A DNA stretch of 64,000 nucleotides. It comes from Dudresnaya verticillata. Its lineage: Eukaryota. The position numbers were made by a program, and so were the translations under genes. The stretch's first letter is position 1. Each line of letters begins with the position of its first letter. The stretch lies in NCBI GenBank assembly GCA_977862235.1, contig OZ374558.1:1-64000 (forward strand), written 5' to 3'. Under the pieces are notes generated by a model. That model did not search any database. It was not told the origin of the DNA and was given only the letters and a program-made list of their open reading frames with translations. This document shows positions 41,501-52,640 of this stretch, one piece after another.

Positions 41501-43816
41501 CGAGTTTCAATGTCTTGACTTTTCAGATAATGTATGAACTCGGTATTGTTGAACGCTTGGTCAAATAGAACACATTTGGGGGTCCAGAATGGTGTTATCC
41601 ATAGAGATTCAAAACAATTAATAGCTTCCGTCATAGTCATAGTGCTTACAACATCGCCGGTCGAATATCTTGAAGCAGAGTCCATGAGATGAAACACGCG
41701 GTTCATATCAAGGTGGAAATGATCAATGCATACAACTTCGTTAAAGTTCCTGCTCATGGAGCTTAGTGAGACCTTCCGGGTGTCTTTCGGTTGAGAAGTA
41801 GTTAAACAACTTGAGCATCTATCCAGGACACGGGACAAATATTTCTGTACTTCAGCATTCCAAATTTTGTTTCGCTGGAGCAATATCTTGATATCAGAAT
41901 AAGAAGAGTGTCCACAGACGTGTTGATGGACCTTATCAACAATCTTCTTGATGTCTCCGAAGGGACGAGTGTCATGGTTTTGGTTGATCTGAGCAGTGGC
42001 ACAATAGAACTTGTTCGTGACACGGGATGACAGGTTGGAACTGTTCGGTAGAAATACGTTATAGGGTATGTAACTGTGGAATCCATTGTCTTGGAGACCG
42101 ATTGAATCTTCAGATGTTGGCATAACGAGCCTGTTATCGCCAACATGAACAATGTCGCAATGCTTCGTGACATTACGGCCGATAATCCATTGCGAGGAGC
42201 CTTCAATGATTAGGTGTCGGATAGACACCAGGTTGTTCTTATCAGTGCGAGCCATTAAAGTGACCGATCCGAGAATTCTCCTTGCCTCACTGGAGTGTTG
42301 CCCTGCACCGTATTGCCAAAAGGCACAAGACTGAAGCTGTTGGGGTATAGGGTCCAGATTGTCTTCCCAGTCCGGTAGGATAATGGGCTGCAGTATCATA
42401 AACTCGGACATCCCTAGACCACTGTACGGACCACCGTCATCAAGTAAGGGGCCTGTAAAGTCTTCGCTTATCTCATTGTGGGAATCGAGTAGATGACTCA
42501 TGTTGAAGGTCATGGTTTTCTTCGGTGGTTGTGTGTTCGGTTTTGCATCAGAAGGAGCAGGATTATCAGTAGACTTGACTCCAGGCTTGAGTTTACCGTC
42601 ATCTGTGTGATCAGAGTGCCAGTGTCCGAATTTGTGACACTTACGACATTTGCTGCGGCTTTTAAGATCTGCAAGCTGATCAGGTGTAAGCCTTCTGCGA
42701 TTCCTTGGGAAGTTTGGTCTTTTGAACTGAGTGTTCACAGCATTTGCAGACAGGGGACGAATATTCTCAGTCATGACTTGGTCACACTGCCTTAGAACAG
42801 AAGCTACTTTCTCGTATGAAACTGAATCGAGAAAATCATCAGTTGTAGCTGTAGGAGCTATATTGGTGTTGTTCGAAGCTGCTGCAAGAACAGAAACTCT
42901 TTGACCGTTATCCACGGCAGAATTTGCAAGTAGCATAAAAGCAGTAAGGGCTTCTGGGAGCTTTGTTGTACTGGAGCCAGCATTGAATCTGGAAACTTGA
43001 GCGTCGAATCTTGATTCGAAGTTTTTGTATGTCTCCGTGGTTCCGCGCTTGGTACTTAATAGGGCAATAAAGTTTTGGTAAACTTCACTGACAACCGAGA
43101 GTGCATCTCGTTTGTATACAGCATTCACCACAGCTTCTGAGCCAGTAGCAGATTGGATCTCAGTATCGGGAATGGATTTGCATAGATCTTTTGCTCTTCC
43201 ATAAAGCTGGGACTGAAGCATTATACCACGAAGTTCCGTGGGTATCTTGTTTGAGTTAGAGTCTGGGAGCCTGTTATGGAAAGCATTCCATAAAGAAACA
43301 GAGAGTGAGTACTCTTCTTGGTTGCCTTTGCCATCTGTCCAAGGAACATTTTTGAAATCCCAAGAAAACCTTGGGCGAGTCGGCAGATACGCCGATGATG
43401 AGCCTGGGCCCATAACAATAAAGGGATGGTATTTGGATCAGTAGCAAGTTGGCAGTAGCAGCGGTATCAGAGGAACAGTAGATTTACAGAACAGAGTAGA
43501 TCAGATTGTGTTGTGTAGATAAAATGTTGTCCTGTTGAGAGGGTAGAACAAGAGAGAAGTAGGCGGTACTTATAGGCAGGCGAAGACTGCCTCTAAAACG
43601 TAAAACGACCGTTGACTAAAGTTAGAAGAAAGTGCTCACTGAGAACCATTGTGAATACAACTACATCAAACATAAACATGGTTCGTCAGCATGAATACGA
43701 CCGTAGAATAGTATCTGCAGTATTAATACGACTGTAGATCCATTTCATCAGTATGCATACGACTGTAGAATGATTGCATCAGTATGCATACGACCGTAGG
43801 ACAATTAATGTTTTCA
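38544..43816 (-). mobile_element. Intact, recent Ty1/Copia LTR retrotransposon
   Basis: 401-bp LTRs at 38544-38944 and 43416-43816 (one mismatch seen). Flanking duplication TTGTGG at 38538-38543 and 43817-43822. PPT GCGGGAGGAGAA. Single uninterrupted ORF. Confidence 0.96.
38971..43413 (-). CDS. Copia gag-pol polyprotein (Zn knuckle, protease, integrase, Tudor-like domain, RT, RNase H), 1480 aa
   Basis: CRKCHKFGHWHSDH; LLDDGG; H..H..CSSC, IDHF, FDQAF, ESKH; KARIAPHG, DFKSAFLQ, IVDDVL; FADAS, AAEILA, LDSKDL, NLADPLTK. The INT-before-RT order is diagnostic of Copia. Confidence 0.95.
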   Translation of the reverse strand: MGPGSSSAYLPTRPRFSWDFKNVPWTDGKGNQEEYSLSVSLWNAFHNRLPDSNSNKIPTELRGIMLQSQLYGRAKDLCKSIPDTEIQSATGSEAVVNAVYKRDALSVVSEVYQNFIALLSTKRGTTETYKNFESRFDAQVSRFNAGSSTTKLPEALTAFMLLANSAVDNGQRVSVLAAASNNTNIAPTATTDDFLDSVSYEKVASVLRQCDQVMTENIRPLSANAVNTQFKRPNFPRNRRRLTPDQLADLKSRSKCRKCHKFGHWHSDHTDDGKLKPGVKSTDNPAPSDAKPNTQPPKKTMTFNMSHLLDSHNEISEDFTGPLLDDGGPYSGLGMSEFMILQPIILPDWEDNLDPIPQQLQSCAFWQYGAGQHSSEARRILGSVTLMARTDKNNLVSIRHLIIEGSSQWIIGRNVTKHCDIVHVGDNRLVMPTSEDSIGLQDNGFHSYIPYNVFLPNSSNLSSRVTNKFYCATAQINQNHDTRPFGDIKKIVDKVHQHVCGHSSYSDIKILLQRNKIWNAEVQKYLSRVLDRCSSCLTTSQPKDTRKVSLSSMSRNFNEVVCIDHFHLDMNRVFHLMDSASRYSTGDVVSTMTMTEAINCFESLWITPFWTPKCVLFDQAFNNTEFIHYLKSQDIETRPIPPRRHNKNVIESKHRVIRDVYLRLKEGCTNDSAEHQRLLVQQALRISNDLYGNDVFSAHELAKGYTRPITSGEFPAQVPEEISKAHDDLMAKRKLTRILHSKSTADIPFNVGDTVQVYIKEQNAKRGKWSSPKVILSFDKTSGTISVPGKRGRQVQAAVEDVRPALPVDTLGSSIQEAIDALSKSLDDSIDELCSKEDVASNEELETTTIEEVGYENDDGDILSSHPDVGDVIDVYWPLDDMFYTGKVASINEDDNQYNIDYNDGDKECLKLSDETWRYSSDEAIATNNLQISDQTLTSSLQEVLGSYTLAFGHKDFMRYQAQGLPTFPLLNAYKKEEEAFKKTVKMVHASDIPKHANVITSHVIYKVKNNDDGSMKMKARIAPHGNKDKERFQLKTDSSTCPPTGIRILLSLAAQFKWFLAKIDFKSAFLQTGEAKRDVYVVPPRESDDKQHYWLLLTAAYGLVNANAKWQEQSDNFLTSIGLRQLVYVPQLFYKKDAIGSLQLVAVKIVDDVLFAGDQSTVRSTIGKIQERYELGTIVYGPGSFLFFGLHIAQDDECSIRIQADEKLENLNCYPIDRQRRKQGDEVLNAVETSSFRSVNSSIGWLGIAASPFCAFYASHLQQKVPQTTVHDMISQINSLRLLQKLGSTIMYKRPADKKEYPLSVLMFADASRSSDYGQLGFISGLLIGDFEMGSIFHTLSWCSHKSKRPVKSIGAAEILASGEAIDEGKVLVSAYKTLLDVEVDLMVALDSKDLYETLSTCRNSIDRSIRADVSVIRYEFETHKVNRIIWIPGKTNLADPLTKANSPLVQPLQLTMFSGELSMNFTDNLFRNSNQFTG

Positions 43817-44082
43817 TTGTGGCGGGCCAAGCGAGCCGTCCTCCGGTGATTCTCCTGTTGGGACAAAAGCCGAACAATAGCGCTGCGGCGGGGACAACAA
43901 GACGGTCGTTGTGCTACAACGTGGAGCTTCGACAGGCCACAAGATGTGTTTGGATGGCTACCTTTTCACCGCGCCGCGCTGCATAAATAGAGCCGTGCGG
44001 TTGGTGTACCCGCTCCCGACACATACCCCAACCATCCCATCTCCAACCGTCTCCACCCGCTCGACCGCCCGCTCCTGCCGAC

Positions 44083-47000
44083 ATGGATGCCACACCGCAG
44101 CGCCGTGCCCTTCGCCAAGCTATCGACGACAATGCCGACGTCGACGACATGGTTGCACTCGCATTTGCGTACTGGGACGCTTCAGATGGAGGGCCTGTTC
44201 TACCTTTGCAAGCCGTCGCCTTGTTCGAGCGAGCGATTGATGAGGGCGACGATGACTGTGACGAAGCGTCATGCCGTGTCGAAGCGTCATGCCATGCGTG
44301 GCATGGCCTTGCACTGTTGCTAAAGGAAGGGGCCGCGGGAGTGCCCAAGGACGAGCGCCGCGCCGCGGAGCTGGTCGAGCGCGCCAACGCGCGAGATCCG
44401 CGCGGGGTGTCGCTGCGCAAACTCGGAGCGCGTCTCCATATCGGATGGCGCCATTTTGTCAAAGACACAAAGCGCGCGGCAGCGCTGTACGAACGAGCCG
44501 TTGCAGAGTTTGCGGATGTGAAGGCAATGGTCAATTTGGGCGTTCTCCTCGGACGCGGCGACGGCGTCGCCAAAGACGCTCCACGCGCCGCTGCGCTGTA
44601 CGAGCGCGCCATCGCGGAGGGCGAAAATGTTGTCGCAATGGCCAATTTGGGCGAGCTGCTGCTGAGAGGCGGAATCGATGTTCCGCGAGACGTTTCGCGC
44701 GGCGTCAAACTGCTCCAACGCGCCTGCGACAGCGGTCACGAGAGGGCCCCAATTTATATGGTTTTGTTGGGCGAAGTGCTTTTGTCCTATCATATCGGAG
44801 ACGCGCGCGATCCGCCGCGCGCGAAGAGCCTCTTCCAACGCTCAATCGAACTCCATCGCTCCCGCGTCGCACTCTATGAGCTCGCCACATTGCTTGGCCG
44901 CGGAGATGTCGGTGTTGCTCGCGATGAGCACGCAGCAGCCCAACTGCATCAACAAGCAGCGCATCAACAGCTAACGCCTCTTGAGCTTGAAGTCTTCGGC
45001 AGCCACTTGCAATACCTTCTTAACCACATCGGTGACACCAGCACACTTGTTGAAAACACCCTCAAGTCCGCCACAGCAAAGCCACGGCAGTGCTTTCTTC
45101 TTGTTCTTGGCGGTGCGGCACGCGGTAAGACAAGCACGGTAAGGAGCCTGCGCTCCATGCCCTTCGTTGCCACCCACCAACCGACACATTTTGTGTCGCT
45201 TAGTCGCACTCTTGTCGTCCCGGACGGCCCCAAGTTAGACGATGACCATGTCGACCAGCTCGCCTTCAACAGCGAGGCCTTCCATGCCCTCATGTCACGG
45301 TCCGATATTCAAGTGGTACCCACGCCAACGGAACGACCAATGTCATCTACAGCAAGTGCATCCGATGCCGGCTCCTTTCGAGCTGGATCGGCGTTTCTCC
45401 CAACTGCAACTGATGCATCATCGCGGCCGAGTGAAAAATCCAACACAAGATTCCGCCTTAAACTCTCCACTTGGCTCAACCGAGCTCCTCTGACGAAGAG
45501 GACCGTTCCCCATAGTGGAGACAGATTGGCAAACAGCCATACCACTGTTCGACAACCACCACCTCCGCCCACTATGGCTGCTTCGCAGTCTATCAACTCC
45601 CAAGCGTCTCCCATTTGGGAAGCAGCACGGCAAGGGCTCATGAGTTCCTCATTTCCTGTGGATAATCGAGCTGCGTTGGTGCAATGCTGGGAGCTTGGGG
45701 GTCAGGCAGAGTACCTCAGTGTTCCCGCAATCTTCATCCGCCGCGTTTCCATTTTTGTTTTCGTGGTAGACCTGAAAAGGTTTGCGTCTGAAGTCACCAA
45801 AGAGGACGAAGTCTTAGAACTGTGCATCTGGATGCAAATGGCACATGCGTCTTCGCAGAACCCGAAAAATATTTGGGTGATAATAGTGGGAACCAGGAAG
45901 GCAGATGTTGGAGACCCCGAGGACTTGTTACAGCAGCTGCGACAAAAGCTGAAAAAGAATCTCGGGAGGGCGGTTTACGATAATTGGGTTCGTGAAACGG
46001 CCCCAGGTGATGCCGACAAGTTCAAGTGTCGGTGGGTAGCCATCGAGAATAACATTGCTTCCCAAGATCATGGTGGCTTACTTCATTATCTCTTAAGTAT
46101 GGTATCTCTCCGAAAACAGCGGCCAGATCGTGCTGCATCAGGAATTGTGGAACTCGAGAAAGTAATCAAGGAAGCCAGTGATGAAATTCTTGACGGAAGA
46201 GAAGAAGTTCCCGTTCGGTGGGCTGCCCTCAGGGAAGACATTTTGTCACTCGCCACTGAAGGCATTCTGACAATGGGGGAAGTTCAGAGCCATGCTGCCA
46301 GACTTCCCGGATTCTCTAGTGACAAGGACGAGAGAGATGCAGACGTTGAGAAATGCGTTCAATTCCAGGGTCAACAAGGGCATATCGTCGAAGTTCAGAC
46401 GGGCGAGGGATGGTATGTGTTCCCAGATCCAACAGTTATTTTGGACTTTGTTCGACAAGTCACGGGCCCGGCGGAGTTTATGCGAGAACGACTGGGTGAA
46501 GAAGAAGCGAAAGAGTTTGAAAAGAAGATACAGACGCTGCGACAGCATGAAGCAGAAAGTTACGAGAACGGGTTGATCCCACGAAAGGGACTGGATGAAT
46601 TGTGGTGTAAATATCTACCTCCTGTTCGACATGTGATGCTTGACATTCTGTGCCGGTTTGGCATTCTAATGCGTTTGCACTCTACAGAGACGGAGGGTGA
46701 TGAGCGGAAGGAGCTAGTCGGGATTCCGTCGTTGCTTCCCAAAGGTTGGGAGGGATTCCAGTGCCCTACGAAAGAAGGAGAGTGCGAAATTGTTTTGAGA
46801 ACCATCTTTGACGATGCCATTCCCCCTGGCTTGGAGGGCTACTTTGTTGCATTCCTTCATCGCACTATCGGAGGAGAGCGAACAAAGCCACCGGAACTTC
46901 GCCAAGATGCTGTAATTCTTTCTCTGAAGGGGACTTGCCGCGTTGTTGTTTGCTTCGTTCCTAAGAAAAGATGGATTGTGTGGACGATCAGGTGCGATGC

Positions 47001-47865
47001 CGTCTCAGCAATGAAGGTGGCTCAAGAATGTTTGAAAGCTATGGAAGATTTTTTGACAAGACCTCCGCACGGAAGCAACGCAGCTCGGAATCATTTTCTA
47101 GTTACTGATTGCCCTTCGAGCATCCAGGGGGGTTGCGGTGGCTCTAAAAGTGTGTTGTTGTCAATACCTCAGACATGGGTTTCGACTGAAGAATGTCAGG
47201 CACTCGATGAGGCAGAAGGAAAATGCTATTGCAATCAACTGTGGAACTATGGACAACTGAAGTTACATATTCTTGAGGGTGTGTCTGAGGGATCAAGCCA
47301 CGATCATTTTGAAATACGAGACTCAGTAACTCCGTATGATGTCTTTATTAGCCACGCAGGGCCAGATAAGGAGTCGCTTGCATACCCGCTACGGAATGCA
47401 TTGGAAGCAATGGGCTTGCGCTGTTTTTTGGATGAAGAGAGTTTGAAGGTTTCGGAACGTACAAACGAAGAGCAAATTCGAGCGGCAATTCGCGGCAGTA
47501 AGGCTGCCGCTTTCATTCTTTCGCCGTCGTTTGTGGCTCGCAAGTGGCCGATGTTGGAACTGTCAGAATTTCTCGAGCGAAAGCAGGGACCACAGTCACC
47601 TGTACTATTCCCGCTTTTCTACCAACTCCAGGTGGAAGACTGCAAGAACAAGCAGCTTCCGTATGACGAACGATTTCGGAGTGTATTTAAAGATAATCAC
47701 TTTTTCGACCACGACCGGCAGAAGAAGGTTCCAGTGACGGAGGTAATGGAGACACTTGCGAAAGTGACAGGATATATCGGTGTTCGGAACGATGTCCGTG
47801 GAGAGACCGATACTCAGTTTGCAACAAGAGCAGCAGAAAAGTTCTCTCGCGAGTTTGCAAGTTAA
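44083..47865 (+). CDS. Sel1-repeat / Roc-COR / TIR protein, copy 2 (1260 aa)
   Basis: Same architecture as copy 1 with fewer Sel1 repeats. G3 reads WELGGQ and the COR region is diverged. Confidence 0.9.
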   Translation: MDATPQRRALRQAIDDNADVDDMVALAFAYWDASDGGPVLPLQAVALFERAIDEGDDDCDEASCRVEASCHAWHGLALLLKEGAAGVPKDERRAAELVERANARDPRGVSLRKLGARLHIGWRHFVKDTKRAAALYERAVAEFADVKAMVNLGVLLGRGDGVAKDAPRAAALYERAIAEGENVVAMANLGELLLRGGIDVPRDVSRGVKLLQRACDSGHERAPIYMVLLGEVLLSYHIGDARDPPRAKSLFQRSIELHRSRVALYELATLLGRGDVGVARDEHAAAQLHQQAAHQQLTPLELEVFGSHLQYLLNHIGDTSTLVENTLKSATAKPRQCFLLVLGGAARGKTSTVRSLRSMPFVATHQPTHFVSLSRTLVVPDGPKLDDDHVDQLAFNSEAFHALMSRSDIQVVPTPTERPMSSTASASDAGSFRAGSAFLPTATDASSRPSEKSNTRFRLKLSTWLNRAPLTKRTVPHSGDRLANSHTTVRQPPPPPTMAASQSINSQASPIWEAARQGLMSSSFPVDNRAALVQCWELGGQAEYLSVPAIFIRRVSIFVFVVDLKRFASEVTKEDEVLELCIWMQMAHASSQNPKNIWVIIVGTRKADVGDPEDLLQQLRQKLKKNLGRAVYDNWVRETAPGDADKFKCRWVAIENNIASQDHGGLLHYLLSMVSLRKQRPDRAASGIVELEKVIKEASDEILDGREEVPVRWAALREDILSLATEGILTMGEVQSHAARLPGFSSDKDERDADVEKCVQFQGQQGHIVEVQTGEGWYVFPDPTVILDFVRQVTGPAEFMRERLGEEEAKEFEKKIQTLRQHEAESYENGLIPRKGLDELWCKYLPPVRHVMLDILCRFGILMRLHSTETEGDERKELVGIPSLLPKGWEGFQCPTKEGECEIVLRTIFDDAIPPGLEGYFVAFLHRTIGGERTKPPELRQDAVILSLKGTCRVVVCFVPKKRWIVWTIRCDAVSAMKVAQECLKAMEDFLTRPPHGSNAARNHFLVTDCPSSIQGGCGGSKSVLLSIPQTWVSTEECQALDEAEGKCYCNQLWNYGQLKLHILEGVSEGSSHDHFEIRDSVTPYDVFISHAGPDKESLAYPLRNALEAMGLRCFLDEESLKVSERTNEEQIRAAIRGSKAAAFILSPSFVARKWPMLELSEFLERKQGPQSPVLFPLFYQLQVEDCKNKQLPYDERFRSVFKDNHFFDHDRQKKVPVTEVMETLAKVTGYIGVRNDVRGETDTQFATRAAEKFSREFAS

Positions 47866-48352
47866 TAGTAATAAACATCTTGTACCTCGCGAGTTTGCGA
47901 GTTAAGACTATTAAAATCCTGTGCGATCAAGATCTGGCCGGTAGAACGAGTCGAGTGTGATTAGGTATGCGCTTTCTGTACAGAGAAACAGAATATGGCG
48001 ACCGTGGAAGAACAAGGCCGTGGAAATGTCGCGGGTGTGTGCCATTACTGCCAGGTTGTTGCTTGCTTTACTACCGGTAGTGTGTCTGATTTCTATTTCG
48101 TCCATGTCTATTGACATCGAAGCTCAGCTCGGTGTCCTGTCTATGTTTAAAAAGCTGGTTGTTGAACATTTGAGATTGTACCAAAGTGCAGGCTATACAT
48201 AGAACCCAGGCGGAGTCAGAAGATGGCTTGAACATGCTTACAAAACGCTCTTGTTATTGTTTCCGCGTTAAACCATTATTGTTAATGGCCGTACTGCCTT
48301 CCGAAAAGATCTCCCCGTCGACAAACAGCAAAACGGAACACGAATCTCGTCC

Positions 48353-49060
48353 TTGCTGCAGCCCGTATGTACCACTTTCAACCGACCACGCTTCGCACTC
48401 ACCTTTTTACATCAACCAGCACCCACGACCACCGCCACACGGAAGATGGACGGCACCCCCTATCGTTTGTTTCTTTTCCCTCCTTGTCCCAGTATATTTG
48501 CTGTGGGGGGACCGCCCGCACCCGACACACTAGTAGCTGCTCGTGCACTTCACAGCGTGCCTTCACCCGGCTGGCAACTTTCACCGAACGCCGCGCCGCG
48601 GAAAACGCGTGCCGCGACCAGCCGAAAGCGCGATGCCTCACGGACCCCTGCGCTGGCTGTCACCCGTGTGGCTTCTCCTGCTGAATCAGTACGCAGATTG
48701 TCCCCTTGCAAATTGACGCCGTGCTCCACTACGAATGCGACTTTAAGAGCATCGGCATCCGGGCCTTCTTCATGGCTTTCGCCTCGAAGAATCCAGACAT
48801 GTTTGGCTTTGACGGCTCTCACTTCAGCTTCCAGGGCGAGCAAGTGTGAACAGCAAGGCAGAGCCTATAAACTGTTTGGACAGGCCGGTGGTGAGACCAT
48901 GGTCGCTCGCATGCGCGAGACGGGCAATGGCCATCGCATTCGCCAGACTTTCTTTAATGCTTTTGGTCTCCAGACTGCCGATGCGTACGGTCTGGAACAC
49001 ATAATTCGCTTCGAGGGCGACGACCTCGTCCCAGTGAGTTTGAAAGATACTTCCACGTGA
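48353..49060 (+). CDS. Possible hypothetical protein or remnant
   Basis: 235-codon ORF with a non-ATG start. Only the C-terminal part looks protein-like, and no motif was recognised. Confidence 0.15.
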   Translation: MLQPVCTTFNRPRFALTFLHQPAPTTTATRKMDGTPYRLFLFPPCPSIFAVGGPPAPDTLVAARALHSVPSPGWQLSPNAAPRKTRAATSRKRDASRTPALAVTRVASPAESVRRLSPCKLTPCSTTNATLRASASGPSSWLSPRRIQTCLALTALTSASRASKCEQQGRAYKLFGQAGGETMVARMRETGNGHRIRQTFFNAFGLQTADAYGLEHIIRFEGDDLVPVSLKDTST

Positions 49061-49919
49061 GATGTTTAGACAGTTTCTCGTCTCCTGAGACGCAAAATCC
49101 CGTCATATATGCTGTTAGCAGCTCGAAGGGACGAGTGGCGGCACGCATGGATCGGTGAGTGGGTGTATCAGTGTGGGTGGCGGCTGTGTGCGGCTATGTA
49201 CCAAACCGCAACGGAGCTCATGAATTTGCTGGAACGTTCCGACGGGTGGCAGACGTAACCGTTCACCCTGGGACCTCTCGCTGCTTCCGTCTCCTCCTAC
49301 ATGGTCCTCTTCGTTCCTCGAAATGACATTCTGTTCTATTGATACGGGTTGTGGTTAACAAAAATAGTAGTTGCGATTCATTTGATACGAGTTGTGATTA
49401 TCAAAAATAGTAGTTGCGATTCACAACACTTAGTATACAGCATAAAAGTTGGGCTCTTGTCTTATACATCTTTTCTACGCCCACAAGGTACGTTGTGCGT
49501 TCCCCTCCTTTCGAGAAACTAAACCACAGTTTATCTATCGCAGGTCCTCTCGGAGACAACGTGTGTGTAATCTACTTGTGAGTTCGGACAAACAGAAAAC
49601 GTTCCTTCTGGTCGATTATTAGAAGAGGTAGTTATTGTGCTCACGGAAGTGGCACTTGTCTCTCCAGAGGTGAGGAGCTCTCATCAGTACTCCCCATCCT
49701 GAAACAAGCACAGAAACGACATGGCAAATATTCACATGTATTCTAACGCCGTAAAGAAATAGCGTTTCCTGTATTGTGTTCTGGCAGAAGTCCAACGCGC
49801 TTGTTTAGCGTTTTTTAATCCCCCTCCCTTCACAGAGGGTGATTTTGCCACCTCGACAAAAGCCTTCACTCCCACTCCTTCGCTCTTCTCGGAAGCTAGC
49901 ATGAAAATAAAACTGCGAT

Positions 49920-50920
49920 GCAATTCGGCGGGGATTAGAGCTTAGTCGTGCTTGGCAAGAAACCTACCGGCGCAAGCACGAGACCTACTACCAAACGGAA
50001 CATAAGTTCCAGGCCAGACTTTGTCACCCTCTCTACGAGAAGTTCTGTAGACCCACCGTTCCGGACCAAATCCCAACGGATCGCGCCATATTTTGGGGTC
50101 CAGGTTTGCCCAGCTTTGAAGACTCATCACCAATGCCCCCTCTGGGATCTTGGTTCCGCCATTGCGTAATATTACCGGTCTTGCGGACTGCTTGATTGTT
50201 GCAGTTACATACCCTGTTCAGGTACGGAGGCTCTCAAACGTTCCGTCTAGATAAAGGGCGGTTAAACAACTGGTCCCTAAAGCGGGTAGAAACTTCAGTC
50301 CCTGTCAAGTATTCAACATTAGAGTTTCTGCAAGTCTCGTAAACAGCCTAGGATAAGGCCTGGTTGGTTGAAACGTATCTGGAGAGAGCAAATTCGACGA
50401 CCAGGGAGGTGTCCAACGTCATGTCTCCCTTGCTGATGAATATGATCGAGTACAAGAGATCTGAAGAGTGAGGCTCTGTTTCTTGTTTCGTCTCCGCCAG
50501 TCTTGTCCGGATAAAGTCTGTCAACAAGTCTTGACAAATATTTTGAACACTTTGTTCGTTCTCAAGCACGTGTTTCCTCTCTCCAAACGTTCAGGAGTAT
50601 CAGCGCAATGGGTACATAATATATTCGCCCATGGTTTCCTTCACGAAGGAGTCTAGACACGATGATAAAGCTATTCTCTGGTCGCGGTCCATTTCAGCAC
50701 CGAAGCCAATTCCAATTTGTGTTCGAGATGTTGTTAGACCGGGCAGATATACCGACGATGTTCGACGGACCTCCCTTCGGAGACTTGTCTAAAATCGCAT
50801 GCATGAGAGTCGCACAGCTCTGCCACGACATTGTTCACAGTTGCTTCGAATACGAACAGGGTTGAGTGATTAAAGTGCCGGTGTAATAGTTTTCTGGCGC
50901 CGTCATAATGAGCACATGGC
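49920..50920 (-). pseudogene. Cytochrome P450 pseudogene
   Basis: DPKIWRDPLGFGPERW (PERF motif) and YVPFGSRSRACAG (heme Cys motif). Upstream parts are broken into short frames. Confidence 0.8.
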
Positions 50921-51110
50921 AAGGTGACAAAAAGGTAGGTATCTGTTTGATCCCTGCCATGGCTGTCTTACAGGACAGGATAAAAGGCTAATAACGTCGG
51001 ATGGGTTGCAGAAAACGGACAGAAAGGACAGAAAAGAAGGGCAAAAAGAGGGGAAGAAGAGGAAAAGAAGCGCAGAAAGTTGCAGAAGCGTCGCGTCAGG
51101 GCTGGTGACC

Positions 51111-51885
51111 AGGGCTGTCGTGCAATTAATAGCAGTAGCAATATATTGCAATATACAATAGCAATGGCATATTGAGTTGCTGATATTATAGCAAATTGCA
51201 ATTCTTATTGCAGTGACAATGTATATTGTAATACCTATTGGGTTAAGTGGTAATATTAGAAGCCCTGTTGCTAAAAGCAGTATATATAACCATTTGTTGG
51301 GGTTTGCGGGGGAGCGGTATCTGTAGAGTTTGATCCCGATAATATAGCGTTTTCTAGCCCCATGCTGTAAATTGCATCGTACCAAATCATTGCTGCTTTA
51401 TCACTAACAAGTTGCCAGGTCTGCTTTCTCGCCAACAGTATCATCGTCGTCGATGATGCACCATGACTTATAATTTACAAGTCATCGATCATTCAGCGTT
51501 TAGCCAAGAAGCGAAAGGTACCCTGGAAACTAGATGCTTTTATCAACTGCAACTTTATTCTTAGATCCGTTGCCGAGGTTGACCGGCTCAGGAGCATTGC
51601 GGAGCACGTGCTAACTGACAATCGCAAGGCGATGACCACCAAGTTTTTGAAGCTATTATATTCCTCAAAATGAATGAACAGTTTTGACATCGCATTACAC
51701 AAACGTTAACATGGATCCCCATGCTTCCTTCGCACTATCTAAGTCTATTGCAAACTTATTGCAGGACGTAAGCATATTCTGCAGATGTTACTGGGGCATG
51801 ATGGCGGCTATATAGCAATATAGATTGCCGAAGGGGAGCGTATTGGTGCAACAAAAATTTGCAATGTTATTGCTTGCAGCCATTG
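51111..51885 (-). mobile_element. Degenerate hAT-like DNA transposon remnant
   Basis: CAGGGCTG...CAGCC termini are shared with the element at 61335. The internal peptide VIALRLSVSTCSA resembles the hAT C-terminal dimerisation motif. No TSD found. Confidence 0.4.
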
Positions 51886-52137
51886 CCCTAGAGCCCGGTT
51901 TTTGTGTTGTTTTGTAACTTGATGAATTGATAGCTACGTACGCCATTGGAGTAATACAGCACGAATGCCAGCATTAGCTACAAATGCTACAGTATGTAAT
52001 ATACCGGTTTTGTCCTTCTGTCCTGTGCGGTAGCAGCACTTAGTTGCTCCCGTAGAATAATTCTTGACCGACCTGCTGGAAGAAACACACAGAAGACTTC
52101 CGTTCCGATGCGTCGATGCCCCTTTACTATTCTAAGC

Positions 52138-52640
52138 GCCATTCTGCCAGACTTGCCTGATTCTCTAGTGACAAGGACGTGTTCCCAGATCCAACCATAA
52201 TTATGGCCTTTGATGGATTGTGTGGACGAGCAGGTGCGATTGTTGCCGTCTCAGCGACGAAGGTGGGTCAACAATATCTGAAAGCTCTGCAAGATGTTTT
52301 GAAAAGACCTCCGCACGGAAGCAGTGCAGCTCGGAATCATTTTCTAGTTACCGATTGTCCTTCGAACATCCAACGTGGTCCCGGCCGCTCCAAAAGCGTG
52401 TTACAGTCAATACCTCGGGCATGGGTGTCGACTGAAGAATGTCAGGCACGCGATGAGGCCGAAGGGAAATGCGGAAGTATGGACAACTGGTGCCGCATAT
52501 TCTTGAGTGGGTATCTCAGGGATCAGGCCACTACGCTTTTGAACTACAGGACTCAGTAACGCCGTACGATATATTTATCAGCCACGCAGGGGCGGAAAAG
52601 AGATCCGTTGCCTACCCGCTACGGGATGCGTTGGAAGTCA
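52138..52640 (+). pseudogene. Internally deleted relic of a Sel1-Roc-COR-TIR gene (COR/TIR pieces, closest to copy 2)
   Basis: Collinear fragments VFPDPT, RPPHGSSAARNHFLVTDCP and DSVTPYDIFISHAG, with frameshifts. Confidence 0.85.
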
